NCBI GenBank assembly: GCA_963804245.1
Contig: CAWDPQ010000017.1
Span: forward strand, 157,545-221,544
Direction: 5' to 3'
Source of the DNA: an uncultured Acidobacteriota bacterium
Lineage (GTDB): Bacteria; Acidobacteriota; Vicinamibacteria; Vicinamibacterales; 2-12-FULL-66-21
DNA: 64,000 bases
Each line of letters begins with the position of its first letter. Position 1 is the first letter of the stretch. The notes below the pieces were generated by a model. The model was not told the DNA's origin. It did no database searches and saw nothing but the letters and a program-made list of their open reading frames with translations. Positions 48,770 to 57,828 of the stretch are shown here, in pieces. The position numbers and the translations under genes were made by a program.

Positions 48770-50398
48770 CTACTGTTTCGCTGGAATCGTTGCGAGAAAC
48801 CGCGGTGGCTTGCGATGTTTCGTGGCTTGCTCGTACGCGAAAGCCAAAGCGATCAATCGTGCTTCGCTCCAGGCGGGGCCGATGAACGAGATCCCTACCG
48901 GCAAGCCGTACACGTCGCCCGCGGGCACCGTTACATTGGGATAACCGGCCACCGCCGCGGGAGTCGAGCTCGCTCCGAGGACATGATCGCCGTTCACGAG
49001 ATCGGTCGGCCACGCGGGGCTGCCGGTCGGCGCGACAATGGCGTCCAGCTTGTGACGAGAGATCACGGCGTCGATGCCCAGCGTCCGCGCGCGACTGCGA
49101 CAAGTCGTCAGCGCCCGGCGATAGGCCGGTGACGTCAGCGCTCCTTTCTTCTGCGCCATCACCATGATCTCCTGACCGAAGTACGGCATTTCTCGTGCCT
49201 TCTCCCGCTCGTTGAACGCAATCACCGATTCGAGCGAACGGTGAGGTGCCGTGGCAGGCAGACCTCCAAGATATTTGTTCAGGTCTTCCTTGAATTCGTA
49301 AAGGAGCACCTCGAACTCGCAATCATCGAGCTGGGCGGCAGTTGGAATGTCGGCGGGATCGATCACGGTGGCACCGAGCGTCTTCATTTCCAGGATCGCG
49401 GCTTCGATCAACTTGTCAGTGGCGGGACTGTAGCCAAAGTACCGTTTGCGGGCGACGCCGATGCGTGCCCCTTTGAGCGCACTGGGATCGAGAGCGGCGC
49501 TCAGACGATTCAATGGTTTGGCCGCGCCCGCGCTGTGTGTGGCGCTGTCGTCCGGATCGCGCCCGGCCATGCCTTCCAGCAGTGCCGCCGCATCTGCGAC
49601 CGTCCTGGCCATCGGCCCCGCGGTGTCCTGCGTGTGTGAAATCGGAATGATGCCCGATCGGCTGACGCGCCCCACCGTCGGCTTGATGCCGACGAGGCCC
49701 GACACCGCCGATGGACAAACGATCGAGCCGTCGGTCTCGGTGCCAACGCCAGCGGCCGCGAGGTTCGCCGCAACAGCTGTTCCTGTTCCCGAGCTCGAGC
49801 CGCACGGATTGCGGTCGAGGGCGTAAGCATTCTTCACCTGCCCGCCGCGACCGCTCCAGCCGCTGCTGGATTTCGTCGATCGGAAGTTGGCCCACTCACT
49901 GAGGCTGGTCTTGGCGATGATGACGGCACCTGCGGCGCGCAGACGTTCGACCGCAAACGCATCGCGCTGTGCAATCGAACCCTCGAGCGCCAGCGATCCT
50001 GCGGTCGTCGTCATCCGGTCCGCCGTGTCGATGTTGTCCTTGACGACGATCGGGATCCCGTGGAGCGGCCCGCGCACGCCTTTGGCTTTCCGCTCGACGT
50101 CGAGGGCGTCGGCTATCGCCAGCGCGTCGGGATTGGTCTCGCTGATCGAACGCAGCTGCGGACCGCCGCGATCGATCCGCTCGATGCGCTGCAGATACAA
50201 CTGCGTCAACTGACGCGATGAGTACCGGCCCTTCGTCATCCCGTCCTGTAGTTGCGCGATTGTCAGTTCGTTCAACTCGAACGATTCGTTTTGAATCGCC
50301 GCCGAAGCGGTTGTGTGTGTCGGAAGCCTCCACAAAGGAGCCGTAAACGTCAGGCAGATGCCGCAGCCAGCAAGAAGGAGAGCATGTATCCGGCGCAT
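48770..50398 (-). CDS. Amidase signature family enzyme
   Basis: GIPIVVKDNI, NPCGSSSGTG, GTETDGSIVCPS. Confidence 0.93.
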   Translation of the reverse strand: MRRIHALLLAGCGICLTFTAPLWRLPTHTTASAAIQNESFELNELTIAQLQDGMTKGRYSSRQLTQLYLQRIERIDRGGPQLRSISETNPDALAIADALDVERKAKGVRGPLHGIPIVVKDNIDTADRMTTTAGSLALEGSIAQRDAFAVERLRAAGAVIIAKTSLSEWANFRSTKSSSGWSGRGGQVKNAYALDRNPCGSSSGTGTAVAANLAAAGVGTETDGSIVCPSAVSGLVGIKPTVGRVSRSGIIPISHTQDTAGPMARTVADAAALLEGMAGRDPDDSATHSAGAAKPLNRLSAALDPSALKGARIGVARKRYFGYSPATDKLIEAAILEMKTLGATVIDPADIPTAAQLDDCEFEVLLYEFKEDLNKYLGGLPATAPHRSLESVIAFNEREKAREMPYFGQEIMVMAQKKGALTSPAYRRALTTCRSRARTLGIDAVISRHKLDAIVAPTGSPAWPTDLVNGDHVLGASSTPAAVAGYPNVTVPAGDVYGLPVGISFIGPAWSEARLIALAFAYEQATKHRKPPRFLATIPAKQ

Positions 50399-50414
50399 GC
50401 CGGAAGGCTAACAG

Positions 50415-50534
50415 AACTGGGGAACTGGGGAACTGGGGAACTGGGGAACGGGGCTGGGGAACTGGGGAACTGGGGCTGGGGAACTGAGGCAGCCTCAGCC
50501 GGCTGGACGCTGAAAGCTGGCGGCTGGAAGCTGG
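50415..50534. repeat. (AACTGGGG)n octamer run followed by heptamer units
   Basis: Reverse complement of the 8253/38069 unit (about 10 units), followed by agctggcggctggaagctgg, related to the reverse complement of the 4797 tract. Confidence 0.9.
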
Positions 50535-50535
50535 T

Positions 50536-51208
50536 TTACGCCGACAGGCGGTCGACGATGGCGCGCCAGGTGCGGGCGGCGGGCGTCGAGTCGGACTCGA
50601 GCGCTGCGCCGCAGAGCAGCGACTGGCTGTCGGCAGACGGATACGACCAGACAGGCTGCACGGGCAGTTGCAGACCGATGCCAGCCACTTCAACCTCGAA
50701 CGTGGATGGCAGTGAGCCGCCGCTGGCGATCTCCAGACGGAGGCCGCCGTAGCAGACATCGACCACGGCTGCCGGTTTGCCGGCGGCCACGACCCTGAAT
50801 CCGCCGAGCACACGCTTGCGCGGCCACCGCCGCTGACGTCGCACGTTGGTCAACGTCCGCGCGACCGTGCGGAGAAACTCGGTGGGCATGACGGGCTTGC
50901 GGACGAACACCGCATTGTGCCGGCTGGCTTCGAGCTCAATCAAGGGTTCGTCATACCCGCTGATGATGACGATCTCCGTGTCGGGATGTTCCGCCCTGAC
51001 CTGCATCACCAGATGAAGGCCGTTGAACCCGCGCAGGCGAACATCGGTCACCAGCAGGTCGAATGGTTCGAGTCCCAGCAGCCGTTTGGCGCTGTCGAAG
51101 GTCGACGCACCGGTCACGTGGTAGCCCGCTTCGCGGAGCAATTCCACGAAGCCCTCGAGGGCGTGCTCGTCGTCGTCCAGTACCGAGGATGCGATAGGGT
51201 AGCTTCAT
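50536..51208 (-). CDS. Receiver domain + PilZ-like domain protein, frameshift near 51183
   Basis: MKLPYRIL / VLDDDEHAL...LLVTDVRL...FVRKP; RRQRRWPR...VVDVCYGG (RxxxR, DxSxxG-like). Confidence 0.8.
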
Positions 51209-51357
51209 CGACCCGCTCAGGGGACTGCGCGCAAAGTGCGCCTGTAGGGCTGGCTGGCAAGCCCGGTGCCGCACTAAACTACGCTCCTTTCCCCGCATTT
51301 CACGCGGTTGCGCGCTCCGCTCGCTGCGAATTCGTAAGCGAACGGAAAGAGCTGAAA

Positions 51358-51720
51358 TCAGTGCACGACGGGTTGTGATGGGCGGGCGGCGGCGATCACC
51401 TGCGAGATTAATCGGTCCAGACGGGCCTGTTCGATCCGAAACGGTCCGGCCACCGCGGCCCCACTGGGGATCTCGATCGCAATCACCACACCTCCCGAAG
51501 CGGGCTCGACTATCCAGCTGAAACCACGCAGGGCCACGTAACGGTTCCCGGCGTGCGGATTGTTGGCCCGATCAATGGCCAGCAGGATCGCCTTGAGCAC
51601 GCCCTCGACGTCCGCCTCAGTCCATCCTCCCGGTTCGTTGCCTGTATGCACGATGTGCTCGGTTACGGCGTAGTCCCGTTCTCGCAGCACTATCTCGACA
51701 TCGAAGGTCGTTTCGCGCAT
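51358..51720 (-). CDS. Conserved-looking hypothetical protein
   Basis: Intact 120-aa ORF co-oriented in the operon; no family recognised. Confidence 0.7.
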   Translation of the reverse strand: MRETTFDVEIVLRERDYAVTEHIVHTGNEPGGWTEADVEGVLKAILLAIDRANNPHAGNRYVALRGFSWIVEPASGGVVIAIEIPSGAAVAGPFRIEQARLDRLISQVIAAARPSQPVVH

Positions 51721-51721
51721 G

Positions 51722-52495
51722 TTATCGGTCGGTCCACCTCGGCGGCCGCTTCTCCAGAAATGATGCGATCCCTTCGACCGCATCGCTGGTGCGCATGAGG
51801 CGGTCTAAGTATAGCCGCTCGAGCTCAGGCAGCGTCCGACGAACATGCGTCACGAGCGCCAAACGTGCCGCGGCTGCCGCGTGTTTCAACGACGCAGCAG
51901 ACTTCGGCGCGAGGTGCTTCGCGAACCAACTGTCAACCACAGTATCGAGCGACGAGGCCGGTGCCATTAGGTCAATCAATCCAAGGGCCCGCCACTCGCT
52001 GGCCGATCGACTCTCACCAGTGATGATCGTGCGCAGCGCCTGCGCCCCGCCGACCTTGACTGGAAGCAAGGCGGCACCGGCCGGAGGAAAAACACCGAGG
52101 GCAATCTCCGGCAGGCCAAGCATCGCGTCGTCAGCGGCAAAAATGAAGTCGCACGCCAGCGCCAGCTCGAAACCACCGCCAAGACAGCGGCCCCGCACGA
52201 CGGCAGCGGTTACGGCGGGGGCGTCGAGCAGATCCTCGATGAGCCGGTTCATCGCCGGAAGGACAGCGCCGATCTGATCGGGGGCGTGTTCGGGCACGCT
52301 TGCACCGTAGCTGAAGTCCTCTCCCACGCCTTCGAGGGTGATCAGTTTCAGGTGTGGGTTGGCCGCTACGGCATCGAGGCCGGAAGACAGTGCGGCGATG
52401 GTGTCCGCAGTAATGATGTTGCCCTTCGGATGCCACAGACGGAAGGCCGCCCGGGTGTGGTCGTCGTTGAATGAAATGGCGACCGGGGCGCTCAT
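51722..52495 (-). CDS. Crotonase-family enzyme, cyclohexa-1,5-diene-carbonyl-CoA hydratase (Dch)-like
   Basis: HPKGNII, FSYGASVPEH, CLGGGFELALACD, LPEIALGVFPP, LERLYLDRLM...DAVEG..FLEKR. Confidence 0.8.
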   Translation of the reverse strand: MSAPVAISFNDDHTRAAFRLWHPKGNIITADTIAALSSGLDAVAANPHLKLITLEGVGEDFSYGASVPEHAPDQIGAVLPAMNRLIEDLLDAPAVTAAVVRGRCLGGGFELALACDFIFAADDAMLGLPEIALGVFPPAGAALLPVKVGGAQALRTIITGESRSASEWRALGLIDLMAPASSLDTVVDSWFAKHLAPKSAASLKHAAAAARLALVTHVRRTLPELERLYLDRLMRTSDAVEGIASFLEKRPPRWTDR

Positions 52496-52499
52496 GCGC

Positions 52500-54704
52500 T
52501 CAGCGACTGTGCGCCGTTGCGGTCAATTCGTCCGCAAGTGCATCCGGATCGAAGACGGGCTGCCGGCACGTGAAGTCTCGGCAGACATAAGCTGCGGCAC
52601 CGGGCCCGGCCGTCATCGAGCCAATAAACGGAAGACGCTCGGCGAGTGCGGCCTGCTTGTCACCAGGTTCCACCGGCACCTGAATGGCGAACGGCAGGTA
52701 GTGTTTGGACACAGCAGAATGGAGCGCCAGGGTAGTTTGGACCCGGCGCGGTCCGACGATCACGATCTGGCTCAGACCGGCATGCCACGCCGATAGTGCG
52801 CTCAGCATCATCGGAGCGGCTCGACCGGCGGCGCCAATCTTCGGCCCGAGACGCGCGAGCGTGCGCTCGACTTTTTCCTGCGCGCCCTCAGCACCGGTCA
52901 GGTGCGCCAACGTCAAGAGATTGAGCACCGACACCGAGCTCGCTGCCGGTTCCGCGCCATCGTAGTCCTCTTTCAGACGCAGGAGCACGGTCGGATCGTT
53001 GCCCGTGGTGCTGAACCAGCCACCATCCTGCTCGTCCCAGAACTGCGTATCCTGACTTGTCTGTAGCGTCGTTGCCCACTCGAGCCACTGCGGATCGCCG
53101 CTCGCTTGAAACAGCTCGAGAAGCCCGAAGATCAGATACGCGTAGTCTTCGGCATATCCGTCGATCGCCGCCTCACCGTCCCGGTAGCGGCGCAACAGCC
53201 GAGCGTCGTCCGGGCGCCACAGCGTCGAGCGAATGAATCCCGCCGCGCGTTCAGCGGCCGCCAGATAGCGTGGGGCGGTCTCTCGATCCGAAAGCGTGCG
53301 TGCGGCGCGGGCGAATGCCGCAATCATCAGACCGTTCCAGGCGGTCAAGACCTTGTCGTCCAGGTGTGGCCGCGGTCGCCGCTCCCGCGCCTCGAACAAC
53401 GTGATTCTCGCCGTGCGCAGGATAGCCATCACTTCTTCGGCGGTCTTATTACTTCGGATCGCCACCTCTTCGATCGTCTGCGCCGTGTACAGCAGATTCC
53501 TGCCGGTGAACTCCCCCTGCGGATCGTGTGGAGCATTGCCGTCGGGCTCAATCCCCCACCGGCGCTTGACGATGGCTGCGTCCTCGCCGATGAGCGTCTG
53601 GATTTCGGCATCGCTCCAGATGTAGAACGCACCTTCGCTTTTGTGCGCCGTATTGGAACCCGCCTGCTCTGGCGGAATACTGTCGGCATCCTCTGCCGAA
53701 AAAAACGCGCCGTGCGGTCCGGTCATGTCGCGCAGCACGTATTCGAGGGTGTCCTCCGCGACGCCCGCGTAAAACGAATCGCCGGTCGCCTGCGCTGCCT
53801 CGAGATAGGCAAGAACGAGCTGCGCCTGGTCGTAGAGCATCTTTTCGAAGTGAGGGACCCGCCACTCGGCATCGACCGAATACCTGTGAAATCCACCGCC
53901 GATATGGTCGCGCATGCCGCCCAGGGCCATCGCGCGCAGAGTTTCCGCCGCCATCAACAAAGGTGCTTGCGCCCCGCGGCCTTCCGCCGTACGACGTGCG
54001 TGTTCGCGGAGGAGGAACAACAGCTCTGAAGGACGCGGAAATTTCGGCGCGTCGCCAAAGCCGCCGCGTCTGGTATCGAACGTCATCTGGTATTGCTCGA
54101 CCGCAACGTCGAGTGCGTCCACGGCGGCGACACCGGTCTCCCGCTGCCGTTTGCCGTCGCTCGTCACGAGCCGCAGTCGGTCGAACAGCTCAACCGCCGC
54201 CTGATCGACGCGGCCCCTGTCCTCCTTCCACACTCGCGCCAGCTCGTTCAGCAGATCGACGAATCCCGGGCGGCCCCATCGAGACGACGGCGGAAAATAG
54301 GTGCCGCCGTAGAAGGGTTTGAGCTCCGGAGTGAGGAACACCGACATCGGCCAGCCGCCGGATCCCGTGGTGGCCTGTACGAACGCCATATAGACGCGGT
54401 CGACATCCGGTCGTTCTTCGCGATCGACTTTGATGGAGATGAAGCTCTGGTTGAGCACGTCCGCGATCGACGCGTTCTCGAAGGACTCGTGCTCCATGAC
54501 GTGGCACCAGTGACAGGTCGAGTATCCGATCGAGAGGAAGATGGGCTTGTTTTCCTCGCGCGCACGCGCGAACGCCTCCTCTCCCCAGGGGTACCAATCC
54601 ACGGGATTGGCTTTGTGCTGCAGCAGATACGGGCTACGTTCGCCCGACAGGCGGTTCACGATCGATCCTGCGAGAGCGTCTTCATCCGAACGATCGTACA
54701 CCAC
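52500..54704 (-). CDS. DUF255/YyaL (SSP411-like) thioredoxin + glycosidase-like protein
   Basis: [62 protein letters not shown]. Confidence 0.95.
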   Translation of the reverse strand: MVYDRSDEDALAGSIVNRLSGERSPYLLQHKANPVDWYPWGEEAFARAREENKPIFLSIGYSTCHWCHVMEHESFENASIADVLNQSFISIKVDREERPDVDRVYMAFVQATTGSGGWPMSVFLTPELKPFYGGTYFPPSSRWGRPGFVDLLNELARVWKEDRGRVDQAAVELFDRLRLVTSDGKRQRETGVAAVDALDVAVEQYQMTFDTRRGGFGDAPKFPRPSELLFLLREHARRTAEGRGAQAPLLMAAETLRAMALGGMRDHIGGGFHRYSVDAEWRVPHFEKMLYDQAQLVLAYLEAAQATGDSFYAGVAEDTLEYVLRDMTGPHGAFFSAEDADSIPPEQAGSNTAHKSEGAFYIWSDAEIQTLIGEDAAIVKRRWGIEPDGNAPHDPQGEFTGRNLLYTAQTIEEVAIRSNKTAEEVMAILRTARITLFEARERRPRPHLDDKVLTAWNGLMIAAFARAARTLSDRETAPRYLAAAERAAGFIRSTLWRPDDARLLRRYRDGEAAIDGYAEDYAYLIFGLLELFQASGDPQWLEWATTLQTSQDTQFWDEQDGGWFSTTGNDPTVLLRLKEDYDGAEPAASSVSVLNLLTLAHLTGAEGAQEKVERTLARLGPKIGAAGRAAPMMLSALSAWHAGLSQIVIVGPRRVQTTLALHSAVSKHYLPFAIQVPVEPGDKQAALAERLPFIGSMTAGPGAAAYVCRDFTCRQPVFDPDALADELTATAHSR

Positions 54705-54742
54705 ATGTAGAGGATAGAATTCTGCGAGCGAAGCGCGCCGCC

Positions 54743-55501
54743 GTGGATCTCGCAGTCGAAACCCGGAGCCTGAGACGAGAGTTTGCCGGCGTGCCCGCCG
54801 TTGACGGGATTGATCTGTCCGTGCCCGCCGGCAGCTTCTACGGGTTCCTCGGGCCCAACGGGGCCGGCAAATCGACGACGATCAAGTGCCTGACGGGCTT
54901 GCTGCGGCCGTCGTCCGGGAGTGTACGAATTCTCGGGCTGGACCCGCTTGCCGAGCCGGTCGCCGTCAAACGACGGATCGGCGTGATGCCGGAGGATCTC
55001 GCGCTCTTCGACCGTCTCACCGCCGAGGAAACGCTGTCGTTCGTGGCTCAGGTCCACGGCCTGGACGACGCGACGGCGGCCTCCCGCTCGAACGATCTGC
55101 TCGCGCTCATGGACCTGAAGCCGGCGTCCAATACGCTCGTCACCGACTTCTCGCACGGCATGCGCAAGAAACTCTCACTGGCTGCTGCTCTTCTTCCCGC
55201 GCCCCGACTGCTCTTTCTGGACGAGCCATTCGAAGGCATCGACGCCGTGGCCTCACGGCAGATCAAAGAGCTGCTGCAGTCGTTCGTCGGCCGCGGCGGG
55301 ACGATCTTCCTCACGTCTCACATCCTGGAGATTGTCGAACGCCTGTCGACGCATATCGGCGTGATCGCCCGCGGCCGGCTCGTCGCGCAAGGTCCGATCG
55401 ACGAGCTGCGCAGAAGCGCCGAGGGTGGCCGGACGCTCGAAGAGCTCTTCATCGCGCTCGTCGGCGGCGAGAGACCGCAGGCCGCGCTGGACTGGATCTG
55501 A
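54743..55501 (+). CDS. ABC transporter ATP-binding protein
   Basis: [26 protein letters not shown]. Confidence 0.95.
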   Translation: MDLAVETRSLRREFAGVPAVDGIDLSVPAGSFYGFLGPNGAGKSTTIKCLTGLLRPSSGSVRILGLDPLAEPVAVKRRIGVMPEDLALFDRLTAEETLSFVAQVHGLDDATAASRSNDLLALMDLKPASNTLVTDFSHGMRKKLSLAAALLPAPRLLFLDEPFEGIDAVASRQIKELLQSFVGRGGTIFLTSHILEIVERLSTHIGVIARGRLVAQGPIDELRRSAEGGRTLEELFIALVGGERPQAALDWI

Positions 55502-55517
55502 TGCGGGTTCCAAGCGA

Positions 55518-57215
55518 ATGACGCCGACCGTCAGGATCCTGAAGGCATTTGCCTGGATGCGGTGGCGAGTGCTGATGAACTCGCTCGAGCGTAGTGGTTC
55601 GCGCGATCTCCTGGAGCGGTTCTCGCTCGCCATCGAGCAGCTGGGACCGATCATGGCCGCAATCCTGCTGATACCGTCCGCCGTGCTGCTGGCGGGTGCC
55701 GCCGCATACAGCGGGTGGTCACTGGCGCAGGGTTCGACGCGGCCGCTGCCGTTCGAGGTCATACGCTTCCTGTTGTTTGCCACCTGCGGCCTCACCGTTG
55801 TCGGACCGCTGTTCCTGCCGGCAGCCGATCGCACGCACGCCGTGCGCCTGCTGCTGTTACCGATCTCGGGGCCGATCCTCTACTTCGCGCAAACCGTCAC
55901 AGCTATCAGCGATCCCTGGATTCTGCTCGTCGTGCCGATCATTGCCGCGGTGCCACTCGGCCTAGCGGTCGGCGGCGCGCCAGGCACGGCGATGCTGGCC
56001 GCTGTGGGAGGTTTGCTGCTGCTGGTGATTCTCCTGGGGATTTCCTCCATCGTCACCAGCCTGATTCAGCTCATGGCGCGGAACCGCCGGCGCGGTGAGT
56101 TGCTGACGCTGCTCTTCATCCTCATCATTCCAGTCGTCGGTATGTTGCCCGCCCTGCTCGAGGACAACTCGCCGCCTACCCGGATCGAGGGCGGCGAGGC
56201 GGAAGAGCCGGGCACACCAGCGTGGCTCACCGCTCTGGAGAAACGGGTGCTGCCAGTCGTGCCATCGGAAATGTACGTCCGGGCGACGCGCGCGTCGGTA
56301 GATGGTCGTAAGTCGGACACGGTGGCTCCACTTTTGGGGTTGGCCGTTGCCGCCGGCCTCATCCACGCGACGGCGTTCGTCGTTTTCCGTCGGTTTCTCG
56401 ATTCGCCGGGCACCACGGGATCGCAACAAAGAGGCTCGAAAGGAAGGTCGCGAACCTGGAGGCTGCCGGGAGCCTCGCCGGCAACATCGGCCGTGACGAT
56501 CGCCCACATTCTCCTGACGCTTCGTACGCCGAGAGGGCGATCGACGGTGCTATCTCCGCTGATGGTGTTCGCGGTCTTGGCGGCGATGATGTGGAGAGGT
56601 TCGACGGCCGACTTCGACATCGTCCCACTCGAGAGCGGTGTCGGGCTGGCGATCTTCGGTTCCTTCATCAGCCTGCTGACCGTCCTGCCCCTGGCGATGA
56701 ATCAGTTCGCGATCGATGGTCCGGGATTGACCCTGGAGTTTCTCTCGCCGCTCGACGACAGGGATCTGCTTCGAGGAAAGGCTGTTGGCAATGCCTTCAT
56801 CGGGGCCATTCCGATGCTCATCTGCATTGCCGTCGCGGCGGTGCTCTTTCCGGGCGGTTCGCTGTCAGCATGGTTGTCGATACCCATCGGTATTGCCGCG
56901 TCGTATGCCCTGATTGCTCCTGTCGCGGCCGCGCTGTCAGCCGTGTTTCCCCGAACCGTCGATCTCAACAGCATCGGACGCGGCAGCAACGCGCACGGCG
57001 CAGCAACATTGCTGGGACTGCTGGCGAGCATGGCTTCGGGAGCAGCATCCCTCGGCGTCAACCTGGCCATCATGCGGTCGGTCGCCGCGCCTCAGCTCGC
57101 GCTGACATTGATGCTCATGTGGTTGGCGGGGTGCATTGTGGTAGCGCGATTACTCTTCGTGCCCGTTCGCGCGCTATTCGCGCGGCGGCGAGAGAACCTT
57201 GTCCTCATCCGCTGA
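55518..57215 (+). CDS. ABC-2 type exporter permease (duplicated TM architecture)
   Basis: About 12 TM segments; follows the ATPase; NQFAIDG...LLRGK motif. Confidence 0.8.
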   Translation: MTPTVRILKAFAWMRWRVLMNSLERSGSRDLLERFSLAIEQLGPIMAAILLIPSAVLLAGAAAYSGWSLAQGSTRPLPFEVIRFLLFATCGLTVVGPLFLPAADRTHAVRLLLLPISGPILYFAQTVTAISDPWILLVVPIIAAVPLGLAVGGAPGTAMLAAVGGLLLLVILLGISSIVTSLIQLMARNRRRGELLTLLFILIIPVVGMLPALLEDNSPPTRIEGGEAEEPGTPAWLTALEKRVLPVVPSEMYVRATRASVDGRKSDTVAPLLGLAVAAGLIHATAFVVFRRFLDSPGTTGSQQRGSKGRSRTWRLPGASPATSAVTIAHILLTLRTPRGRSTVLSPLMVFAVLAAMMWRGSTADFDIVPLESGVGLAIFGSFISLLTVLPLAMNQFAIDGPGLTLEFLSPLDDRDLLRGKAVGNAFIGAIPMLICIAVAAVLFPGGSLSAWLSIPIGIAASYALIAPVAAALSAVFPRTVDLNSIGRGSNAHGAATLLGLLASMASGAASLGVNLAIMRSVAAPQLALTLMLMWLAGCIVVARLLFVPVRALFARRRENLVLIR

Positions 57216-57413
57216 CTCTCAGCCGAAACCCCGCATCTGCCACATCGCGATTCCAACTTAATAGCGGAGCTGAACGTAGCTCGACCGTTCCACTGCTCAG
57301 CCGTTTGAAACTGTGTGTTGTTGGCTACCCACCGAGACCCTTGGAAGGTATATCGCCGCTTACACTGGATGCTCGAGTTATCTCGTTTTCCCTTGGTTTT
57401 TGGCCTTTTCCGA

Positions 57414-57429
57414 TGGCATATCGGTTGCT
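57414..57429 (+). promoter_or_regulatory. Sigma-54 (-24/-12) promoter 1
   Basis: TGGCATATCGGTTGCT matches TGGCA-N6-TTGCW with exact spacing. Confidence 0.7.
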
Positions 57430-57474
57430 GTCTTGGATGGCGTCGGTCGCTCGGCGGCCGGCAGCCGCTCCGGT

Positions 57475-57569
57475 GTTCAGCTGGAGCAACCGCCTCACCA
57501 TCATTAGCCTGCCAAAAGGCTGCAGGGAGTGTCTTCGGACCTCCCTGCCTTGTCATGTACGGGTCGTTC
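57475..57569 (+). ncRNA. Candidate structured RNA, copy 1
   Basis: GCC-AAAA-GGC and GCAGGGAG-T-GTC(TTCG)GAC-CTCCCTGC hairpins; flanks GCTGGAGCA, TTAG and ATGTACGG shared with copy 2. Confidence 0.6.
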
Positions 57570-57644
57570 GTTTGGAGCGCGTTCGGTTCGCGCTTCGCGT
57601 TCGTTTCATCAAAGTAGAGCAAGGACGAGTGCAGCACACCCCAT

Positions 57645-57660
57645 TGGCACTCGCGTTGCT
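57645..57660 (+). promoter_or_regulatory. Sigma-54 (-24/-12) promoter 2
   Basis: TGGCACTCGCGTTGCT, near-perfect consensus. Confidence 0.75.
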
Positions 57661-57687
57661 CTAATGACCGTGACACTTCGCTTCGGC

Positions 57688-57780
57688 GTTCCGCTGGAGC
57701 ACAAGCCCCGTCCTTAGACCTTGCCTACGGCGCAGGGAGAGTCGAACGACCTCCCTGTCCCGCCATGTACGGTCACGTTC
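57688..57780 (+). ncRNA. Candidate structured RNA, copy 2
   Basis: GCC-TAC-GGC and GCAGGGAG-A-GTC(GAAC)GAC-CTCCCTGT hairpins; same flanks, 210 nt after copy 1. Confidence 0.6.
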
Positions 57781-57828
57781 ATGCTTCCCGATAGCGCGTG
57801 ATATTTCTATCAGCGATGAGACATCTCG

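Noticed and set aside
4982-51208. Single frameshifts in about ten otherwise intact genes (~5082, 6640, 8540, 11320, 16168, 20830, 30400, 36490, 51183) as programmed frameshifting or pseudogenes
   Set aside because: Scattered 1-nt indels with no shared slippery motif and no in-frame stops are best explained by long-read assembly error; needs read-level confirmation
57664-57717. Short peptide MTVTLRFGVPLEHKPRP and the parallel GVQLEQPPHHH in copy 1
   Set aside because: The ATG lies upstream of the predicted sigma-54 start, there is no RBS, and the similarity follows from nucleotide conservation
57475-57780. Tandem motif as a glycine, c-di-GMP, fluoride or ykkC-type riboswitch
   Set aside because: The diagnostic cores I know for those aptamers are absent; only short incidental matches such as CTGGAG were found
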